A stretch of 64,000 bases of DNA from the human T2T-CHM13v2.0 reference genome, Homo sapiens (GCF_009914755.1 NC_060932.1), one strand, 5' to 3'; positions 15,421-28,949 are shown, counted from the stretch's first letter. Notes: generated by a model from the letters alone, not told the origin. Made by a program: numbers and translations.

Positions 15421-16029
15421 TCTGAATCAGAAATCAAGATATTTTTAAAATATCAATTATCATTGTAAACCTTTCTTAACCACGATATATAAAATAGCAC
15501 ACCCTAACTTGCCTCATGTATCATCAAGGATTAATATAAAGCTAACTTTATTAAAGCATTATTTCTATCTTAAGTGAGGGTATACTGACCTATGGAATAG
15601 AGAACACATAAGTAGCCAGGCATGTGTGGAAATGATTTGTTACAGAGATGGAAATAATTTTCTTCCTAGTGCCATTATCCTAGCACAACAAATTTTGTAA
15701 ATGAGAGAATTACATGCAAAAATCAAATTCAAGTAGGTATGTACCAACTTGTTCATCTTACGCTATTGTTAATGTTTGTATCATCAATACAAAAATAGAA
15801 ATTTGTGTAGCTATTTAAATGAATGTGTATGATTTTTTCCAGAAAAATTGTTTGAAAACAGTTTTTAAATGGTACAATTTTATAAACCGATTTGTTTACA
15901 AATAAATATTTGAAATTTTTTTCTTATCATCCTGTTTCACACATAAACATGTCCCAGTGTCGATGATAAATTGTAAAAACACTATGCTCTTTCACATATA
16001 AAGATGATATTCACCCTGATTTCTAAGCA

Positions 16030-16800
16030 CTTAAATGAAAAACATACCCATTATGAAGTGGTATTTTACAACCAACAGTTTAGTAAACATTTAAAAAGTA
16101 AATAATACCAAAATTCTTTAGAAAAGCAAACCAATTAGAGATGTTCCTCTCTATGAGAGGAAGGATAAATTTGTACAACGCCTTTGGAAAACAGCTTAGC
16201 ATTGTTTAAAGATACTGACATTGTGCATAATGTATAACATTGCACAAAGATGTATATTTACAATATCTGTATATTCTTTATATTTTTGAATACAAATAAG
16301 TCAAAGGAAATTAACACATAATATTAACACATCTTGTTCACAATGAGGGAAAACACTGAAAACAGTATCAGTTTAATTAGTAAATTATAGAATAATCATG
16401 TAATAAAAGACTATACATTGATGAAAGTGAAAGTACCACTGCTACATACATTAACATAACTGAATCTCAAATATGATATTGAACAAAAAAACAGGTTTAC
16501 AGCCAAACAAATGCAATATTGTTTATTCCAGTTACAAAAATTTTTTAAAAAACAAAGTTTTTCCTCTTTAGGGGAATTTAAAACCATGATTTTCTTTTTA
16601 GGAGAAAGAAGAAAATGCATTTAGGAAGAAACACTTTGGGGGCTTCTGGGATACTGTGAATGTTTAATTTTTCATGTGGGTAATGGATATATATATATAT
16701 GTACATATATGAGCTTATTTTACAATTGTTCTTTAAACTATATATATACATTTCCAAATATGGTGTTAGATGCATGCTATGACTAAAAATGAAGAAAAAA
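16030..16800 (+). mobile_element. Ancient L1ME-type 3' fragment
   Basis: 'tttggaaaacagcttagcatt', 'ctgctacatac...gaatctcaaatatgatattgaac' and 'ggggcttctgggatactg'. Confidence 0.6.
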
Positions 16801-17789
16801 ATAGAGGAATTAAAAATAAACTTGCCCAGCTATCCCAGTTATTAGATCTTTTTATATTCCCTTATCACTTCTGGTACTTACAAAAATTTGAGAAAAATGT
16901 GCACATCTGAGCCAAGTTTATATAAATTAAACAAATTTTTGTGGGATTTATTTTTGGGGATTACATTTTTAAAATATCGAACTTCATGAGGGAATATTAA
17001 TTCAATTTAAAATGTTATTATCTGGAAAAACAAAAGGCTCAATTAAAAATATAAAAGATAGAATTTTTAAAAAGCTTATTGATATATATTCTGTGCACAG
17101 TGGCAGGTTACGATCTGACCTGTGTAGGGTCAGAAAGTTTGTTAAGCACTTCCTCTGGATATCTGCTTGATGTATTTCATCACATATGTAGTTAATAAAT
17201 ATTTACGTTAGAGAACCACGAACATAAATAAGAGCACTTGTTACAGCTCCTCAACGAATCTGTTCTTATTTTGAAAATGGATATTGTTCAGCTACCTGTC
17301 ATATCAATTTCCTGCCTTCTTTACTGATGAAAATAACACTAAAACATTTCAAATATTGCTACATCATTGTTGTGATATCTGAGGAAATTTTGAGGAACAT
17401 AATGGGAAAGTTCTATTTGTGGATATAGTTTGTGTGAAAGTTAAGAATAGCATTTCAGGTATTTTCCTCTTCATATAAGTAAAAATTTATATTCTTAAAA
17501 TAACTATTAGAGATATAATTATTTCTAGTTCATCAATGTAAATGAAAAAATATAATTTTATGTACAAAAAACATTTATTAGGTTCTTGGATGACAGGAAC
17601 ACTTCAAAGATAATGAAGTTATTGTAATCAACTATAGCTTATTTGCCAATGACAATGGCATGCACTTAACTTATAGAATCTCAAAACAAAATATTAACAT
17701 TGCTTCTATATATACTTTTAAATTAATGCTGAAGTTATGTTACAAGTGGTTATTATCAGCCTTTACTCTGCTATGGCATTATTGGTTGC

Positions 17790-18682
17790 ACACCAACAAA
17801 CATCTCCCTGTAGTCTTTCTAAGAGAATCCCAATTTTGAGTGCATGGTAAAGTTTCCATATGTTACTGAAACAGCAAGGGTTCAGTCTTGCACCTACTGC
17901 TTGCTGCACAGAAAGCCAATGACTGAGACGAAGAGTATTGCCAAGAAAGAAGGCTTTAATCAGATGCTGCAGGTGAGGAGATGGGAGATCAGTCTCAAAT
18001 CCATATCCCTGACTGACTAAAATTAGGGGTTTATATAGTATGGAAAAAAATGTAAAAATGTGTTGGAAAACAAGAACTAAGAAGGGGTAAGAGAAAAAGG
18101 AGTGGTTTGGCATCTGATTGTCTGGGTGCCTGATGTGGTGAATTAGTTCTTTGATACTTTTTGAGAGGGCTGGAGGTCCTTTCCTGAGGAGGAAACTCAG
18201 ATAAAACAAATGTAAGTTTCGAGCCTTAAGACCAGAAGAGTCAATTTCCACGTTTATTCAAAAGAACTATCTATGGAACTATTGGATCAGTTTTACACAT
18301 AGCAACTCAATCAAGACTAAGTTAATCATTGTAAGGAAGTTCCCCTCCCCATTAAGATAATTGTCCTAATGTAAAGAAAAGCTTGCTTGGGGCTTCTGAG
18401 AAAAAACAAATTCCAGTTGTAAACAGAGTGGCCTTTGGTTCCCACCTCTTCCTTTTTGCTTGGGACATTTCCAAGGAAGGAATTAGTGCTTGAATCCCTA
18501 GTAACTGTCTTTAGAGATGGTATTGACAACACTGCAGATATTGGAGCAGAAAGAAAGCAAAAAACCTACTGAGCTACTCCCCTTGTATCAGCACTTGTTA
18601 TGCAAAATATATCAATATATTTATTGGTAAAGCTACATTTATGGATAATCCTTATAATTCAACTCAATGAATTATTGCTGAT
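17790..18682 (+). mobile_element. Old MLT1J/K-type MaLR LTR interrupted by the ERV1 LTR at 17861-18295
   Basis: 'ttggagcagaaagaaagcaaaaaacct...cttgttatg...ggtaaagctac...attgctgat' resembles a decayed MLT1 3' half. Confidence 0.45.
17861..18295 (-). mobile_element. ERV1 solo LTR, MER57-like
   Basis: Starts 'tgttactgaaac', contains 'gcacagaaagccaatgactgagac...gaaggctttaatc...ggagatcagtctcaaatccat' and ends 'ctatggaactattggatcagtttta'. The 4-bp flanks are cata / caca. Confidence 0.8.
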
Positions 18683-18879
18683 TCATTTTTAAGGCAACTG
18701 ATGTTTATTTTAGATTCTATGCATATCTTCATAGATAACTTATGATTATTGGTTTCACAATCAATATTAAGAGCCTAATACTTTTGTATTCTAGTGTTTA
18801 TTCTATTCCATTCTGTTCTGTTTTATTCTATTCTTTGATTCTTCAAATAAATAATTCTTGAATTCTTTACCATTCTCTG

Positions 18880-20085
18880 CCCAAGAGCCTGCCTTGTGCC
18901 ATATGACTTGCAATTTCTTCCAGCTATAAAGGCAGTTGAATACAGACTCAGCCGTTTCATTTGCTTTGGTCAGCAGAATGAGACGGAAGTGACAGAGTAA
19001 CACTTCAGAGCCTAGGCCTAGGTATCTTTCATGCTTTTACTTGCTTGTTTGTCCTCTGCCATTGCAATGAGAGGGATTTGTCTAAATCAGTCCACTGATA
19101 CCAGGGAAAAGAGGAAAAACAGCAGAAATAGTAAACAGACAAATGAGTTAGCCCAGCCGGTATCAACAAAACACTGTCTGTATCAGTTGAATCCTGCAGA
19201 TGAAACGGGACAAGCTCCCTTGTCCCCCTCGCAGTGTGTGAGACAGGGGAGTGGCTCACTCCTTCAGTGTCCTGTTGCTCAAGCCTCTAGAGGAGCACAC
19301 AGATGGGCAGGTTGTGGGGCTCTAAGCCCACAGCAGCATCTGGGGGTGGATGTTTACAGCTCCTGAAGCCCCAGTGGGTGGGTGCTACCATGTGCTCTTT
19401 TAGTTTTACTGTCTATAGCCAGCTTGTGTTAACCAGCTCAGTCAGACCCTCTACCTTGTCGCTAGGACAGAAGGCTTTCTGTATTCCAGGTTCTTGATTT
19501 GGTGTACCAGAAGAATCAGATCACACACGGGCTTGGAGAATGAGTGCAAGGTTTTATTGAGTGAAAGTAGCTCTACAGCAGATGGGGAGCCAGAAGGGAG
19601 ATGGTTTCCCCTGGAGTTGGGCTCTCCTCTGACTGCTGTCCTGGCCAAACTCTGCCAGATTCTGCTGGTGAATGGCCTGCCGGTGTGCTGGTGCCTGTCG
19701 TGTGTTCTTCCACACATGCTCCCTTCAGTGTCCTCTCGATGTCCAGCTACTTGTATCTTCTTACCTCGATCCCTCCTCTCGATGTCCAACCACCTGTATG
19801 TTCCTCCACCAATGTGCTCCTCTGGACGTCTGTCCAGCTGCCTGTGTGACTGCCTGCTAGGATCTTCGGGTTTTTGTAGGCACAGGATTGGGGCGTGGTG
19901 GGCCAGAGTGGTCTTGGAAAATGCAACATTTGTGCATGAAGGCAAGAGTGCCTGTCCTCACGGGCCCTAGGGTGGAGCCCTAGCCAGAGACCCGCCTTCT
20001 TCTACCCAGCACTTCCCTGACCCCTCCCATATTACAGACACATGAGAAACGTATGCTTTTATGATATGCCATTGACTTCTGGGAA
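18880..20085 (+). mobile_element. MLT1 (H/I-like) LTR split by the LTR1-family insertion
   Basis: 'ttgctttggtcagcagaatg...ggaagtgacag...ttcagagcctaggcct' on the left; resumes after 20034 with 'cagacacatgaga...atgccattga'. Confidence 0.55.
19201..20034 (-). mobile_element. ERV1 solo LTR, LTR1/LTR28/MER52 group (LTR1-sized)
   Basis: GC-rich 834-bp block. The minus strand begins '(t)aatatgggaggggtcagggaagtgctgggtagaagaaggcggg'. A poly-A signal (minus AATAAA) lies at about 19553-19558, and there is a perfect 4-bp TSD CAGA (19197-19200 and 20035-20038). Confidence 0.88.
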
Positions 20086-21397
20086 GGAACAGTAAAACCT
20101 AAATGATAGAATGTTTATTATTTAAATATTTCAGTGTACCAGTAGAAACTCAGTAATTCTCTCTCCCAATGAATGAAGCATGCTATAAAGCAGTTGAGTA
20201 CAATTGACATAATTATAGATACATGTTCACAAATTTCCCTTATTGATTAAAATTAAGTAATTTTTACATTTTTTACTTAATAATTATTAATGGTGGATTG
20301 TGACATACCTCAAAACTTTATCACTATTTTAATCTCAATAATTGTAAAACTGTCACTTTTAGACTCATGATTTGAATTTTTTTTCTCTTGGAAATATTTG
20401 CCCAACTTTCAAAAATGTTATCCAGTTTATGTTTTGCTTTTCATTTTATTGTCCTGAGAGTCTATATTTAGGTTTATCTTTTTAGGGATATCTTCCAATT
20501 CAATTTTCTTCAGCTCTACATCTTCTATACAGTTTCATGTAAATAATATGCAAAGCATAGCATGTTGGAAAGAGTGTATCCTGTTATTTATCAAGAGCTA
20601 CCTTAATTGCATAAAAATGACTAATATTGTAATACTATTAACAGGAATTAAAACTAATTATGGATATTCTAATCATCTCTTACTCGTGTCAATCTCCCTT
20701 ACACTGAAATACTATAAAAAGGTTTGTATGACTTTTTTATTTCTCACCTAAGTGGCAAAAGTCATGTCCCATTTCAGAATTTAATATGGCACTTGGAACC
20801 TCTAAGATCTCCATATCTAACCACCTAAACTCATTACACACTATTGCTTAGTTGAAATGGGATTTCAGATTTTACAAAGTAATTCTTTAACAACTATTTT
20901 GTAACCAATATAGAAGAAGTACATGCATTCCTTTGGATTGCAAGGCCCTAAATAATAAGATCAGTGATAAATGGAGCAGTCTGCATTTATTGAGGTATTG
21001 GGAACTGAAGTGTTGAATTGATGCACTGCTAGGAGGTGTTTTTCTCTATTAAAGATATTTCAATTTCCTCTGATATAAGAAACTCTCAATTCAAGCTACT
21101 GAGTAGGATATGTGTTATCTCTGGAGACTTCTTTTAAATTTAAGATTTTGTCACTCTCAATATGTGAGATATACAGGCTAGTTTTAAAATTACTGACTCA
21201 TTACTTTTCAACCTGTCCTACCATGCCACTATTCCACATGAAAATATATGTATTTATTTTCTTCTGAAAGGAGTTAATAGAAAATTTGTAAGAACATTAT
21301 GTGTCATATTATAGAACATGTAGAGATTTTACATAACTGATAATTCAGGTTAGCTCTCCTATAATGGATACAATTGAACTCATATTAAGAATACTGA

Positions 21398-21718
21398 GAC
21401 TGGGCACAGTGTTTCACGTCTGTAATCCCAGCACTTTGGGAGGTTGAGGTGGGCAGATCACCTGAGGTCAAGAGTCGAGACCAGCCTGGCCAACATGGTG
21501 AAACCTAGTCTCTACTAAAAATATAAAAAGAAAAAGAAAATTAGCTGGGCATGGTGACACACACCTGTAGTCCCTGCTGCTTGGGGAGGATGAGCCAGGA
21601 GAATCACTTGAACCCAGGAGGCAGAAGTTGCAGTGAGCCAAGATTGCATCACTGCACTCCAGCCTGGGTGACAGAGGGAGACTCCATCTCAAAAAAAAAA
21701 AAAAAAAAAAAAAAAAAA
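21398..21718 (+). mobile_element. Full-length AluS (Sx/Sz-like)
   Basis: 'gggcagatcacctgaggtca', dimer structure and a long pure A tail at 21691-21718. Confidence 0.96.
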
Positions 21719-21969
21719 CCCGAGAATTTTAAAGTTATTAATGGTTTTAAATACTTCACTATTTAATATATGAAAGCCTGCAGTAAGTACATATTTTATT
21801 TTTATTTTGGGCATACATTTACTTTTGTATTTTAGGAACAAACCTTCTCTTTCAATGACAACATAGAGACAACATAGAGGCTCTAAGATTAACTTTCAGT
21901 TCTTATATCAATTTATATGGTAAATTCTACTATCTCTCCTATGATTGGAAGTGGTCAAGTATGTGACAA

Positions 21970-22190
21970 ATGAAGGCAAGATGGTACGATGGTGGCAGGG
22001 GAAAGAGACAGTGAAGTGGGAAGCTCTACATACTTTCAAACAACCAGGTATCATGAGAACTCATATCACAAGAAGAGCAGAGGGGAAATTTGCCCCCATG
22101 ATCCAATCACCTCCCACCAGGGTCCTCCCCAGTATTGGGGATTACATTCAACATGAGATTTGGGTGAGGAGACACAGCCTAACCATATCA
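21970..22190 (-). mobile_element. Partial MST-type MaLR LTR
   Basis: 'cccccatgatccaatcacctcccaccagg...ggattacattcaacatgagatttggg...aaccatatca'. Confidence 0.88.
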
Positions 22191-22640
22191 CTGCCCTTCA
22201 TCCTATTCTTTTTTTTTTTCACTGAAACTTCCTCTGTCACTGATTCTCCATTGTTCTTTAACTTTTCCTTTCCTGTTTATATTATCTTCTGCTCAGCTTA
22301 TTAATGTAATCAAACATTCCCCTCAAAGATAGAAACCTAAAGAGAGAGAAAGAATATGTCCTATTGATAGAATATTGCCCTTTCACTATCATGCTTTTAC
22401 TTTACTTGTTAGTCTAAGCACACACATACTCTGTTTCCACTTCTTCTTTGTCCCCAGCTATCAAGTAAAATTTCTCTGGCAATGAGCTCCATGATACTAA
22501 ATTATTGTCTTTCTTGTTCTTTTTAAACATTTGAAACAGCACATTAATTTCTGCTACATATGAGATTTATACAAATCTAACTATTGTGTTTAAATACTAG
22601 TCACTTCTTCCTGAAATTCTTCATGTCTTTGAATCTCATA

Positions 22641-23958
22641 GGCAAGATGGCCAAATAGGAACAGCTCTGGTCTGCAGCCACCAGCGAGATAAACGCAGAA
22701 GGTGGGTGATTTCTGCATTTCCAACTAAGGTACCCAGTGCCTCACTGGGACTGGTTAGACAATGGGTGCAGCCCACAGAGGGTGAGCCAAAGAAGCACGG
22801 GGTTTCATCTCACCTGGGAAGCGCAAGGGCTCGGGGAACCCCCTCCCCTAGCCAAGGGAAGCCATGAGGGACCATTCTGTGAGGAACAGTGCACTCCAGT
22901 CCAGATATCATGTTTCTCCCACAGTCTTCACAACCCACAGACCAGGAGATTCCCTCCGGTGCCTACGCCACCGGGGCCCTTGGTTGGAAGCATGAAACTG
23001 GGCGGCCGTTTGAGCTAGCTGCAGGAGATTTTTTTCATATCCTGGTGGCTTCTGGAATGTCAACAAGACAGAACTGTTCATTCCCCTGGAAAGGGGGCTG
23101 AAGCCAGGGAGCCAGGTGGTCTAGGTCAGTGAATCCCACCCCCACAGAGCCCAGCAAGCTAAGATCCACTGGCTTAAAATTCTCACTGCCAGCACAGCAG
23201 TCTGAAGTTGACCTGGGATGCTTGTGCTTGGTAGGGGAAGGGGCATCTGCCATTACTGAGGCTTGAGTAGGTGGTTTTCCCCTCACAGTATAAGCAAAGC
23301 CTCCGGGAAGTTTGAACTGTGCAGAGCCTGCTGCAACACTGCAAAGCCGCTGTAGCCAGGCTGCCTCTCTGGATTCCTCCTCTCTGGGCAGGGCATCTCT
23401 GAAAGAGGCAGCAGCCACATTGAGGGGCTTATAGATAAAACTCCCATCTTCAAGGGACAGAGCACCTGGGGGAAGGGGTGGCTGTGGGCGTAGCTTCAGC
23501 AGACTTAAATATTCCTGCCTGCCTGCTCTGAAGAGACCAGCAGATCTCCCAGTAAAGTGCTCGAGCTCTGCTAAAGGACAGACTGTCTCCTCAAGTGGGT
23601 CCCTGACCCCCGTGCCTACTGAATGGGAGACACCTCCCAGCAGGGGTTGACAGACATCACATACAAGAGAGCTCCAACTTGCTTCTGGCAGGTGTCCCTC
23701 TGGGATGAAGCTTCCAGAGGAAGAAATAGGCAGCAAACTTTGCTGTTCTGCAGCCTCTGCTGGTGATACCCAGGCAAACAGGGTCTGGAGTGGACCTCCA
23801 GCAAACTCCAGCAGATCTACAGCAGAGGGCCCTGACTATTAGAAGGAAAACTAACAAACAGAAAGGAATACTCTCAACATCAACAAAAAGGAGGTCCACA
23901 AAGAAACCCATCCAAAGGTCACCAACGTCAAAGGCCAAAGGCTGATAAATCTACGAAG
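22641..23958 (+). promoter_or_regulatory. L1 5'UTR internal promoter region with YY1 site
   Basis: CAAGATGGCC at 22643-22652 is the canonical L1 YY1 site. The region is GC-rich but most CpGs have decayed to TG/CA. Activity is unknown. Confidence 0.6.
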
Positions 23959-24979
23959 ATGAGGAAAAACGAGTGCCAAAACGCTGAACATTCCAAAAAC
24001 CAGAAGACCTCTTTTCCTTCAAAGGATTTCAGCTCCTCATGACCAGGGAAACAAAACTGGACAGAGAATGAGTTTGACGAATTGACAGAGGTAGGCTTCA
24101 GAAGGTGGGTAACAACAAACTCCTCTGAGCTAAAGGAGCATGTTCTAACCCAATGCAAGGAAGCTAAGAACCTTGAAAAAAGGTTAAATGAATTGCTAAC
24201 TAGAATAATCAGTTTAGAGAAGAACATAAATGACCTGATGGAACTGAAAAACATAGCATAAGAACTTTGTGAAGCACACAGAAATATCAATAGTCAAATC
24301 GATCAAGCAGAAGAAAGAATATCAGAGATGAATGTCAACTTAATGAAATAAAGCATGAAGACAAGATTAGAGAAAAATAATGAAAAAGAATGAACAAAAA
24401 CTCCAAGAAATATGGGAACTATGTGAAAAGACAAAACCTACATTTGATTGGTGTACCTGAAAGTGACAAGGAGAATGGAACCAAGTTGGAAAAAACTCTT
24501 CAGGATATTATCCAGGAGAACTTCTCCAACCTAGCAAGACAAGCCAACATTCAAATTCAGGAAATACAGAGAACACCACAAAGATACTCCTCGAGAAGGG
24601 CAACCCCAAGACACATAATCATCAGATTCACCAAGGTTGAAATGAAGGAAAAAATGTTAAGGGCAGCCAGAAAGAAATGTCGGGTTACCCACAAAGGGAA
24701 GCCCATCAGACTAACAGCAGACCTCTCTGCAGAAACCCTACAAGCCGGAAGAGAGTGGGGGCCAATATTCAATATTCTTAAAGAAAAGAATTTTCAACTC
24801 AGAATTTCATATCCAGCTAAGCTTCACAAGTGAAGGAGAAATAAAAATCCTTTACAGACAAGCAAATGCAGAGAGATTTTGTCACCACCAGTCCTGTCTT
24901 ACAAGAGCTCCTGAAGGAAGCACTAAATGTGGAAAGGAAAAACCAGTACCAGCCACCGCAAAAACATACCAAATTGTAA
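23959..24979 (+). pseudogene. Disrupted L1 ORF1p
   Basis: ATG at 23959 (MRKNECQNAEHSKNQ...) with a premature TGA at 24040-24042 and later frameshifts. ORF 24390-24833 keeps YVKRQNLHLIGVPE...RATPRHIIIRF...GKPIRLTADLSAETLQA. Confidence 0.93.
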
Positions 24980-25042
24980 AGACCATCGACACTAAGAAGA
25001 AACTGCATCAACTAATGGGCAAAATAACCAGCTAGCATCATA

Positions 25043-28000
25043 ATGACAGGATCAAATTCACACATAACAATACTAATCTTAAATGTAAAGAGGCTCAATG
25101 CCCCAATTAAAAGAAACAGGCTGGCAAACTGGATAAAGAGTTAAGACCCATCAGTGTGCTGTATTCAGGAGACCCAACTCACATGCAGAGACATGCATAG
25201 GCTGAAAATAAAGGGATGGAGGAATATTTACCAAGCAAATGCAAAGCAAAAAAGCAGGGGTAGCAATCCTAGTCTATGATAATACAGACTTTAAACCAAC
25301 AACAATGAAAAAAGACAAGGAATGACATTACATAATGGTAAAGGGATCAATGCAACGAGAAGAGCTAACTATCCTAAATGTATACCCACCCAATACAGGA
25401 GCACCAAGATTCATAGAGCAAAACCTAGAAAGAGGCTTCAACTCCCAAACAATAATAGTGGGAGACTTTAACACCCCACTATCAATATTAGACCAATCAA
25501 AGACACAAGAAATTAACAAGGATATTCAGGACTTGAACTCAGCTCTGGACCAAGTGGACATAATAGATATCTACAGAACTCTCCACCACAAATCAACAGA
25601 ATATACATTTTTCTCAGCACCACATCTCACTTATTCTAAAATTGACCACATAATTGGAAGTAAAACAATCCTCAGCAAATGCAAAAGAATGGAAATCATA
25701 ACAAACCGTCTCTCATATCACAATGCAATCAAATTAGAACTCAGGATTAAGAAACTCACTCAAAACCACACAACTCCATGGAAACTGAACAACCTGCTCC
25801 AGAATGACTACTGGGTAAATAACAAAATTAAGGCAGAAATAAATAAGATATTTGAAACCAATGAAAACAAAGACACAATGTACCAGAATAACTGGGACAT
25901 AGCTAAAGCAGTGTTTAGACGAAAATTTATAGAACTAAATGCCTACAGGAGAAAGCTTGAAAGATGTAAAATTGACACCCTAACATCACAATTAAAAGAA
26001 TTAGAGGAGCAAGAGGAAACTGATTCAAAGAAGCAGAAGACAAAAAATAACTAAGATCAGAGCAGAACTGAAATAGAGACACAAAAAACCCTTCAAAAAA
26101 ATCAATGAATCCAGGAGCTGGTGTTTTGAAAAGATTAACAGACTGCTAGCCACACTAACAAAGAAGAAAAGAGAGAAGAATCAAACAGACACAATAAAAA
26201 TGATAAGGGGAATATCACCACTGACCCACAGAAATACAAACTATCATCAGAGAATACTATAAGCACCTCTACACAAATAAACTAGAAAATCTAGAAGAAA
26301 TGGATAAATTCCTGGACACATACACCCTCCCACGACTAAACCAGGAAGAAGTCCAATCCCTGAATAAACCAATAACAAGTTCTGAAATTGAGGCAGTAAT
26401 TAATAACATACCAACAACAACAACAACAAAAAAACCCAGGACCAGATGGATTCACAGCCGAATTCTACCAGAGGTACAGAGAGGAGCTGGTACCATTCCT
26501 TCTGAAACTATCCCAAATAATAAAAAAGAAAGACTTTTCTCCAACTTATTTTATGAGGCCAACATCATCCTGATACCAAAATCTGGCAGAGATACACACA
26601 AAAAAGAAATTTCAGGCCAATATCCCTGATGAACATCGATATGAAAATCCTCAATAAAACACTGGCAAACCGAATCCAGCAGCACGTCAAAAAGCTTATC
26701 CACCATGATCAAGGAGGCTACATCCTTAGCTTGCAAGGCTGGTTTAATATACACACATCAATAAACATAATCCATCACATAAACAGAACTGACGACAAAA
26801 AACACATGGTTATTTCAATTGATGCAGAAAAGGCCTTTGATAAAATTCTACAACACTTCATGCTAAATACTCTCAATAAACTAAGTATTGATAGAACATA
26901 TCTCAAAATAACAAGAGCTATTTATGACAAACCCACAGCCAGTATCATACTGAAGGGGAAAAAGCTGGAAGCAATTCCTTTGAAAACTGGCGCAAGACAA
27001 GGATGCCCTCTCTCACCACTCCTATTCAATATAGTATTGGAAGTTCTGGCCAGGGCAATCAGGCAAGAGAAAGAAACAAAGGGTATTAAAATAGGAAGAG
27101 AGGAAGTCAAATTGTCTCTGTTTGCAGATGACATGATTGTATATTTAGAAAACCCCATTGTCTCAGCCCAAAATCTCCTTAAGCTGATAAGCAACTTCAT
27201 CAAAGTCTCAGGATACAAAATCAGTGTGCAAAAATCACAAGCATTTCTATAAACCAATAATAGAGAGCCAAATCATGAGTGACCACCCATTCACAATTGC
27301 TACAAAGAGAATAAAATACCTAGAAATCCATCTTACAAGGGATGTGAAGGACCTCTTCAAGGAGAACTACAAACCACTACTCAAGTGGTTTGTAGACAAA
27401 AAGAGAGGACACAAACAAATGGAAAAACACTCCATACTCATGGATGGGAAGAATCAATATCATGAAAATGGCCATACCGCCCAAAGTAATTTATAGATTC
27501 AATGCTATCCCCATCAAGCTACCATTGACTTTCTTCATCGAATTAGAAAAAACTACTTTAAATTTTATATGAAACCAAAAAAGAGCCCATAGAGCCAAGA
27601 CACTCCTAAGCAAAAAGAACAAAGCTGGAGGCATTATGCTACCTGACTTCAAACTATTCTACAAGGCTACAGTAACCAAAATAGCATGGTACTGGTAGCA
27701 AAACAGATATATAGACCATGGAACAGAACAGAGGCCTCAGAAATAATGCCATACATCTACAACCATATGATCTTTGACAAACATGACAAAAACAAGCAAT
27801 GGGAAAAGATTCCTTATTTAATAAATTGTGTTGGGAAAACTGGCTAGCCGTATGCAGAACACTGAAACTGAACCCCTTCCTTACAACTTATACAAAAATT
27901 AACTCAAGAGGATTAAAGACTTAAATATAAGACCTAAAACCATAAAAACCCTAGAAGAAAACCTGGGCAGTACCATTCAGGATATAGACATGGGCAGTCT

Positions 28001-28841
28001 TCATGACTAAAACACCAAAAGGAATGGCAACAAAAGCCAAAATTGACAAATGGGATCTAATTAAACTAAAGAGCTTCTGCACAGCAAAAGAAACTATCAT
28101 CAGAGCAAACAGGCAACCTACATAATGGGAGAAAATGTTTGCAATCTATCCATCTGACAATGGGCTAATATCCAGAATCTACAAGTAACTTAAACAAATT
28201 TACAAGAAAAAAACAACCCCATCAAAAAGTGGGGGAAGGATATGAACAGACAGTTCTCAAAAGAAGACATTTATATGGCCAACAAACATGAAAAATGCTC
28301 ATCATCACTAGTCATTAGAGATATGCAAATCAAAACCACGATAAGATACCATCTCATGCCAGTTACAATGGAAATCATTAAAAAGTCAGGAAACAACAGA
28401 TGCTGGAGAGGATGTGGAGAAATAGGAACACTTTTACACTGTTGAGGGGAGTGTAAATTAGTTCAACCATTGTGGAAGACAGTGTGGCAATTCCTCAAGG
28501 ATCTAGAACCAGAAAGACCATTTGACCCAGCAATCTCATTACTGGGTATCTACCCAAAGGATTATAAATCATTCTACTATAAAGACACATGCACGCGTAT
28601 GTGTATTGCAGCACTATTCACAATAGCAAAGGCTTGGAACCAACCCAAATGCCCATCAATGATAGACTGGATAAAGAAAATATGGCACATATACACCATG
28701 GAATACTATGCAGCCATTAAAAAGGATGAGTTCATGTCCTTTCCAGGGATATGGATGGAGTTGGAAACCATCATTCTCAACAAACCAACACAGGAACAGA
28801 AAACCAAACACCACATGTTATTACTTGTAAGTGGGATTTGA
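25043..28841 (+). pseudogene. Disrupted L1 ORF2p (endonuclease / reverse transcriptase)
   Basis: ATG at 25043 (MTGSNSHITIL...) with a premature TAA at 25142-25144. Fragments carry [10 protein letters not shown] (endonuclease), [13 protein letters not shown] and [12 protein letters not shown] (RT), [14 protein letters not shown] (cysteine-rich domain) and WNQPKCPS. Confidence 0.95.
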
Positions 28842-28949
28842 ACAATGAGAACACATGGACACAGGGAGGGGAATATCACACACCAGGGCCTGTCGATGGG
28901 TACGGGGCTAGCGGAGGGATATCATTAGAAAAAAAAAAAAGTTTTCTTT

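Larger units (their letters stand above)
22641..28940 (+). mobile_element. Near full-length LINE-1, L1PA7/L1PA8-like, inactivated
   Basis: 5' end 'ggcaagatggccaaataggaacagctc', a 5'UTR of about 1.3 kb, ORF1, spacer, ORF2 with endonuclease, RT and C-terminal segments, a partial 3'UTR, then an A run. Confidence 0.97.

Noticed and set aside
17114-17134. Inverted repeat TCTGACC-N7-GGTCAGA resembling a nuclear-receptor element
   Set aside because: A single 7-bp stem is expected by chance in 64 kb, and there is no supporting context.
17763-18251. 162-aa minus-strand ORF
   Set aside because: It runs through a MER57-like LTR, which is non-coding, and has no protein motif.
19451-19970. Overlapping 158-164 aa ORFs on both strands
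   Set aside because: They lie entirely within a GC-rich LTR with tandem units; chance open frames.
22626-22632. TCTTTGA shared by the 5' and 3' flanks of the L1PA element as a possible TSD
   Set aside because: Only 7 bp, not adjacent to the L1 5' end, and the 3' copy overlaps the Alu start. Not a credible TSD.
23035-23736. 233-aa antisense ORF in the L1 5'UTR (possible ORF0-like product)
   Set aside because: It starts at TTG rather than ATG and lies in GC-rich, stop-poor UTR sequence where long antisense frames are common. I cannot match it to ORF0 from the sequence.
22641-28940. Retrotransposition-competent L1
   Set aside because: ORF1 stops at codon 28 and ORF2 at codon 34, there are multiple frameshifts, and the 3'UTR is incomplete.
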